From an uncultured bacterium (GTDB lineage Bacteria; Bacillota; CAZWXO01), in assembly GCA_964637885.1 (NCBI GenBank), contig CAZWXO010000001.1, forward strand, positions 112,731 through 176,730: a stretch of DNA of 64,000 nucleotides. The letters are read 5' to 3'. Positions within the stretch are counted from its first letter, which is position 1; each line of letters begins with the position of its first letter. A program made the translations under genes and the position numbers. The notes below the pieces were generated by a model. It searched no databases. It saw only the letters and a program-made list of their open reading frames with translations, and was not told the DNA's origin. Positions 59,255-64,000 of the stretch are shown in pieces.

Positions 59255-60188
59255 TGTCAGCTAACCTTACTTTTACAGCAATCCAGTTCTTTTCTTCAAG
59301 TTTTTCCTGCACAAGAAACCCTTTCTTAGTCAAAGATTCTAAAAGGCCAGGCCATTTATCGACAATTATTCCAGAGAAAATGCCAACCCCGTTTTTTTTC
59401 ATGATTCTCTTGATCGATATTAAATTATTCGCAATTACGCTTGCGACAATATTGGCTATAACAACGTCATAACTATCATCAGGTAACGCAGCGGCACCAT
59501 CGCCATGCATCGGAATAAAACGGCAATTTTTCGCATTTAATATTATGTTTTCAGTAGCCACATTAAGCGCAACTAAATCTATTTCCACCCCGTCAACTCG
59601 GTCAGCGCCAAGGGCTAGGGCGCTAAGACCCAGGATTCCGGATCCACATCCTATGTCAGCAACATTTTCATTTCCCTTGATCGTCGTTTCCAACAACTTT
59701 ATACACATAGAAGTTGATTCATGAGTTCCCGAACCAAAAGCCATTCCAGGATCTATCAAGACAATTTTTTCATTTAGCTGGGGCGCATAGGTTTCCCATG
59801 CGGGGACAATGACAATTGTTTTGCCGGGCTTGAGGGTGTGATAATATTTTTTCCATTCATCTTCCCATTTTGTTTCATCGTGAGGGTTTACGGTGATTTC
59901 TCGTAGCGCATTATTGCCAAGCTGTGCTTTTTCAATAACATGCTGCAAATTTTTTGCAAACGCAGTCGCTGTTTCCGCAACAGGAAAGAAGGCTGACAAA
60001 TAAAAAAAGCTGTCAGAGGTATCAATCACAGGCAGTTCTTCTAGCGGGAGCGACTGGCTTTCCTCAATCAGAGCAGCTTGTAAGCCATTGCCCACAATGC
60101 TGACACCATTAGCTCCACATAAAAACATCAGTTCATAAACCTGCTCGCAAAAATCCTCGTTGAGACAGACGATGACTTCATGCCACAT
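59247..60188 (-). CDS. prmA: Ribosomal protein L11 methyltransferase PrmA
   Basis: It has the SAM-binding motif DIGCGSGILGLSAL and sits downstream of dnaJ. Confidence 0.9.
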   Translation of the reverse strand: MWHEVIVCLNEDFCEQVYELMFLCGANGVSIVGNGLQAALIEESQSLPLEELPVIDTSDSFFYLSAFFPVAETATAFAKNLQHVIEKAQLGNNALREITVNPHDETKWEDEWKKYYHTLKPGKTIVIVPAWETYAPQLNEKIVLIDPGMAFGSGTHESTSMCIKLLETTIKGNENVADIGCGSGILGLSALALGADRVDGVEIDLVALNVATENIILNAKNCRFIPMHGDGAAALPDDSYDVVIANIVASVIANNLISIKRIMKKNGVGIFSGIIVDKWPGLLESLTKKGFLVQEKLEEKNWIAVKVRLADNA

Positions 60189-60199
60189 CCTTTTTCATC

Positions 60200-61273
60200 C
60201 TAACGGCTGACTTCAGCATATTTTTTTAACAAATCTTTTTGTTGGTGCGACAGTTTTCTAGGGATAACAACATTCACTTCCACGTGATGATCACCGCGAC
60301 CCACTCCACGTAGCTTTGGCACACCCTTATTTTTTAAACGAAATGTAGACTTGGGCTGAGTGCCAGCCGGAATAGTCAACTCTTCAACCCCATCGACGGT
60401 ATCAACTTTAATTTTGTCACCTAGTGATGCTTGAACAAAGTCAATCTCCGCAGTAGAGAAAATATCATAATCTTTTCTTACAAAACGCACATCAGCCTTG
60501 ACATGAATGTACAGGTATAAATCGCCAGTGGGGCCACCTTTCTCACCTGGCTCCCCAGCTCCATCGATTCGCATTCGTACGCCAGAATCGACTCCAGGTG
60601 GAATCTTGACGTTCATCGTCGTGCGCTTGCGCGCAATCCCCTTACCTTTACAGCTGTGACAAGGGTTTTGAATGATTTTTCCACTGCCCCCGCATTTCTC
60701 GCAGGGACGTACATTAACAAAATGACCCAGGATAGTGCGCTGGGTAGATTTTACTTCCCCAGTCCCACTACAGTGTGAGCAAATTGTCGGCTCTTTTTTA
60801 TCTTCGGAGCCGGTTCCTTCGCATTTTTCACATTTCTCCCATTTGAGTACTTCTATCTCTTTTTCTACGCCAAAAACAGCTTCACTGAATTCAATTTTGA
60901 GATCATATTTAACATCGGCACCCTTTCGCGGGCCATGCTGACTTCCACCATGCCCTCCTCCGAAAAACATATCGAATATATTACCAAAATCCTCAAAACC
61001 GCCAAAACCGTGAAATCCGCCATGCCCACCAGCCGAGCCTGCTCCACTAACTCCTGCATGGCCAAACTGATCATACATGTTGCGTTTTTCTTGATCACTC
61101 AGCACCTCGTAGGCCTCGTTTATCTCCTTGAAGCGGTCCTCGGCATCGTGGCTCTTGTTGACGTCAGGATGGTACTCTCGCGCCAACTTACGATATGCTT
61201 TCTTAAGCTCTTCCGGGCTGGCTTTTTTTGAAACCCCTAATATTTCATAAAAATCACGCTTGGACATTTTCAC
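60200..61273 (-). CDS. dnaJ: Chaperone DnaJ (type I, with zinc finger)
   Basis: It has a J-domain (HPD), a G/F region and four CxxCxGxG repeats ([32 protein letters not shown]). Confidence 0.9.
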   Translation of the reverse strand: MKMSKRDFYEILGVSKKASPEELKKAYRKLAREYHPDVNKSHDAEDRFKEINEAYEVLSDQEKRNMYDQFGHAGVSGAGSAGGHGGFHGFGGFEDFGNIFDMFFGGGHGGSQHGPRKGADVKYDLKIEFSEAVFGVEKEIEVLKWEKCEKCEGTGSEDKKEPTICSHCSGTGEVKSTQRTILGHFVNVRPCEKCGGSGKIIQNPCHSCKGKGIARKRTTMNVKIPPGVDSGVRMRIDGAGEPGEKGGPTGDLYLYIHVKADVRFVRKDYDIFSTAEIDFVQASLGDKIKVDTVDGVEELTIPAGTQPKSTFRLKNKGVPKLRGVGRGDHHVEVNVVIPRKLSHQQKDLLKKYAEVSR

Positions 61274-61285
61274 ACCTCAGGATAT

Positions 61286-63112
61286 TTAATTGGAATTTGT
61301 TTCTTCCTCGTTGCTTTCCTCAGCAGATACATCAATAGTTTCTCCATCTTCAGCAGCAGCACTCTCTGATCCACTTTGAGCTGCAGCCTGATACATGGCC
61401 TCAGAAGCTGCGTGAAGAGATTTTGTCAAAGCCTCGGTAAGATCTTTAATTTCTTGATTGCTGCCCTCAGTGAGTTTATTTCTCAAATTGGTTATGGCTT
61501 CCTCAATGGCGACTTTGTTTTCAACGCTAATTTTTTCTTCCTGCTCACGCACCAATTTTTCCGAATTATAGATAGCACTATCGGCGTTATTGCGAATCTC
61601 GATGCCTTCTTTTAATTCCTTGTCTTCAGCGGCATGCATTTCGGCTTCTTCAACCATGCGCTTAACATCCTCGTCAGATAAACCATCGGATGACTCGATG
61701 GTTACTCTTTGTTGATTTCCCGAGGCCTGGTCCTTCGCAGAAACGTGAACAATTCCATTTGCATCAATATCAAAGGTGACATCGATCCGCGGAATCCCTC
61801 TCGGCGCAGCGGGGATTCCGTCAAGAGCAAACTTTCCTAATGTTTTATTATGAGCGGCCATTTCTCGCTCACCTTGCAGTACGTGAATCTCAACTTGATT
61901 TTGGTTATCAGCAGCCGTCGTAAAGGTTTTTCCTTTTGATACAGGAATCGTCGTATTGCGATCAATTATTCTTTCAAAAACGCCGCCTAGAGTTTCTATA
62001 CCAAGTGACAATGGCGTGACATCAAGCAAGACGACATCTTTTATATCGCCAGCTAGGACACCGGCTTGAATCGCGGCCCCGACCGCGACACATTCATCTG
62101 GATTAACACCCTTATGGGGTTCTTTGCCAATTAAATCACTAATAGCTTTTTGAACTGAAGGAATGCGAGTTGAGCCTCCAACCAAGATAACCTTATCGAT
62201 TTCCTTGGGGCTAAGTCCTGAATCTGCGAGTGCCTTTCGTGCTGGTCCCATAGTCATTTCGACAAGGTCAGCAGTCAGCTCGTCGAATTTAGCGCGAGTC
62301 ATGGTCATATCGAGATGTTGTGGCCCTTCAGCGGTAGCAGTTATGAATGGTAGATTAATATTTGTGCTCATTACTCCAGAGAGCTCGATTTTAGCCTTTT
62401 CCGCGGCATCTTTAAGCCTTTGTAGAGCCATTTTATCTTTTCGCAAATCGAGGCCGTGACTTTTTTGAAATTCAGCAGCTAAATAGTCGATGATGCGTTG
62501 ATCAAAATCATCACCACCCAGATGATTATTCCCGTTTGTTGCTTTTACCTCAAAGACTCCGTCGCCTAACTCCATAATTGAAACATCGAAAGTTCCACCG
62601 CCTAAATCAAAGACAAGGATGATATGGTCATCCCCTTTGTCCATTCCATAAGCAAGGGCGGCTGCAGTCGGCTCATTGATTATTCTAAGGACTTCAAGCC
62701 CGGCGATAGTTCCGGCATCCTTTGTAGCCTGTCTCTGGCTGTCATTAAAATATGCCGGCACAGTAATTACGGCCTGCTTAATTTGTTCGCCGAGATAAGC
62801 TTCAGCGTCCCGCTTCATTTTTTGAAGGATCATCGCCGAAATTTCTTGCGGGGAGTAGTTCTTGTCGTCAATTTTGACTTTAAAATCTGTCCCCATATTT
62901 CGCTTAATCGAACTGATCGTGTGGTCTGGATTGGTAATGGACTGACGTTTTGCGACTTGCCCGACCATTCTTTCCCCATTCTTCGAAAACGCCACTACAG
63001 AAGGAGTAGTGCGTCCTCCTTCGGCATTTTGAATAACGACTGGCTTTCCTCCTTCAAGGAATGCTACCACAGAGTTGGTTGTTCCTAAATCTATCCCGAT
63101 TACTTTACTCAT
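61286..63112 (-). CDS. dnaK: Chaperone DnaK (canonical copy, hrcA operon)
   Basis: It carries Hsp70 signatures and is flanked by grpE and dnaJ. Confidence 0.95.
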   Translation of the reverse strand: MSKVIGIDLGTTNSVVAFLEGGKPVVIQNAEGGRTTPSVVAFSKNGERMVGQVAKRQSITNPDHTISSIKRNMGTDFKVKIDDKNYSPQEISAMILQKMKRDAEAYLGEQIKQAVITVPAYFNDSQRQATKDAGTIAGLEVLRIINEPTAAALAYGMDKGDDHIILVFDLGGGTFDVSIMELGDGVFEVKATNGNNHLGGDDFDQRIIDYLAAEFQKSHGLDLRKDKMALQRLKDAAEKAKIELSGVMSTNINLPFITATAEGPQHLDMTMTRAKFDELTADLVEMTMGPARKALADSGLSPKEIDKVILVGGSTRIPSVQKAISDLIGKEPHKGVNPDECVAVGAAIQAGVLAGDIKDVVLLDVTPLSLGIETLGGVFERIIDRNTTIPVSKGKTFTTAADNQNQVEIHVLQGEREMAAHNKTLGKFALDGIPAAPRGIPRIDVTFDIDANGIVHVSAKDQASGNQQRVTIESSDGLSDEDVKRMVEEAEMHAAEDKELKEGIEIRNNADSAIYNSEKLVREQEEKISVENKVAIEEAITNLRNKLTEGSNQEIKDLTEALTKSLHAASEAMYQAAAQSGSESAAAEDGETIDVSAEESNEEETNSN

Positions 63113-63127
63113 CTTTATCCTCCTGAT

Positions 63128-63712
63128 TTATAAATGTTTATTAACTTTAACCATTGCTGGGCGAATTAATTTTCCCTTAATCTTGTAACCTTTTTGTAAT
63201 TCGTCCAAAATATGGTTGTCTGGCAATCCTTCAACAAAATCCGTCACTACTGCTTCGTGACACTCAGGGTCAAAAAGGCACGCTTCCGCCTCCACTTTTT
63301 CCATTCCCAGACTTTCGAGAGCCGAATATAGTTGGCGAATAATTATCTCTATGCCACCTCGCAAAGTTTCCAAGGAAGAAACATCACTTTGCATCGCTCT
63401 TTCGAGATTGTCGTAAACCGGCAATATCTTTTCGACCAGTGCGCTAGTTATTTCCGTACGATAATCATCTTTTTCTCTGGCAGTTCTTTTTCGCAGATTC
63501 TCTAAATCAGCCTGCATCCGTAAAGCATAATTTTTCTGAATCTCTGCCTCATTCATCATTTCTGAAAGTATTTGTCGATGATCCTCTAACGAAATTAATT
63601 CATTTACCTTGGCCTCAACACAGCTTTCATCTTCGTGGGCGTGGTTATCTGAGTTAAAATCGACGCTATCAGCTTCAATTTCAACTTGAGAATGATTGCT
63701 CTTTTTTACCAT
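63128..63712 (-). CDS. grpE: Nucleotide exchange factor GrpE
   Basis: It has a coiled-coil N-terminus and the GrpE C-domain (MVKVNKHL end). Confidence 0.9.
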   Translation of the reverse strand: MVKKSNHSQVEIEADSVDFNSDNHAHEDESCVEAKVNELISLEDHRQILSEMMNEAEIQKNYALRMQADLENLRKRTAREKDDYRTEITSALVEKILPVYDNLERAMQSDVSSLETLRGGIEIIIRQLYSALESLGMEKVEAEACLFDPECHEAVVTDFVEGLPDNHILDELQKGYKIKGKLIRPAMVKVNKHL

Positions 63713-63733
63713 TTTATGCCTCCTTTAAATAAA

Positions 63734-64000
63734 CTATCGATTGTAAACACCATTAATTATGTTGACCATGTTAGCTGTTATTAAATCGATCACCGAATAT
63801 ACATGCCGGTAATCCATTCGTGTTGGTCCAATAATACAAACACGCCCTCTCTCGTCGTCAATCTGGTAATCAGAACCAACTATCGAGCAGTTCGCGAAAC
63901 CTTCAACAGAATTTTCATTGCCAATCAGCGCTGCAATGCCATTGCCTTCGGGCAGCATGTGTAAGATTCCTCGCAAAACATTTGGCTCTTCAAATAAGCT
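63734..64000 (-). CDS. hrcA: Heat-inducible repressor HrcA (C-terminal part; the 5' end lies beyond the window)
   Basis: The ORF is open to the window edge and lies upstream of grpE. The C-terminal HrcA sequence is present (VCIIGPTRMDY). Confidence 0.75.
   Translation of the reverse strand, partial: SLFEEPNVLRGILHMLPEGNGIAALIGNENSVEGFANCSIVGSDYQIDDERGRVCIIGPTRMDYRHVYSVIDLITANMVNIINGVYNR

Overview
This window looks like a housekeeping chromosomal region from a low-GC Gram-positive (Firmicutes-type) bacterium. Almost every gene is on the minus strand and the order follows Bacillus subtilis closely. The hrcA-grpE-dnaK-dnaJ-prmA-rsmE-mtaB block sits at the 3' end. Next come rpsU, phoH-pgpH-ybeY-dgkA-cdd-era-recO-glyQ-glyS, ccpN-PDRP-ppdK, and dgt-dnaG-sigA followed by a four-tRNA cluster. 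After those are trmK-nif3, RNase P RNA, an ftsA-like gene with dnaB-dnaI, an EF-G paralog, surE, a cheR/PilZ pair, metF plus a separate homocysteine-binding-domain gene, and the lexA/yneA SOS module. hflX is cut by the 5' window edge and hrcA by the 3' edge.

I found no CRISPR array, integrase, transposase or obvious defense island. The window reads as core genome rather than an accessory region. The observations I rate highest are: (1) a second complete Hsp70 module, dnaK2-cbpA-cbpM-clpB, whose promoter carries a CtsR-type tandem heptad operator, while the canonical dnaK sits in the hrcA operon; (2) a 718-aa FtsA-like actin-fold ATPase with a repetitive S4/ThiS-like C-terminal extension, directly upstream of dnaB-dnaI; (3) a 1396-aa double BadF/BcrAD activase fused to 2-hydroxyacyl-CoA-dehydratase-like domains, in which the first ATPase module looks degenerate; (4) rpsU disrupted by a 1-nt deletion in an A-run; (5) a NUDIX-ahcY-mtaD SAH/MTA salvage operon; (6) three LexA (Cheo) boxes in the lexA/yneA divergent region; (7) a PilZ c-di-GMP receptor gene convergent with an orphan cheR. 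Several long antisense ORFs in the supplied track overlap rnpB, the tRNAs or real genes and are spurious.
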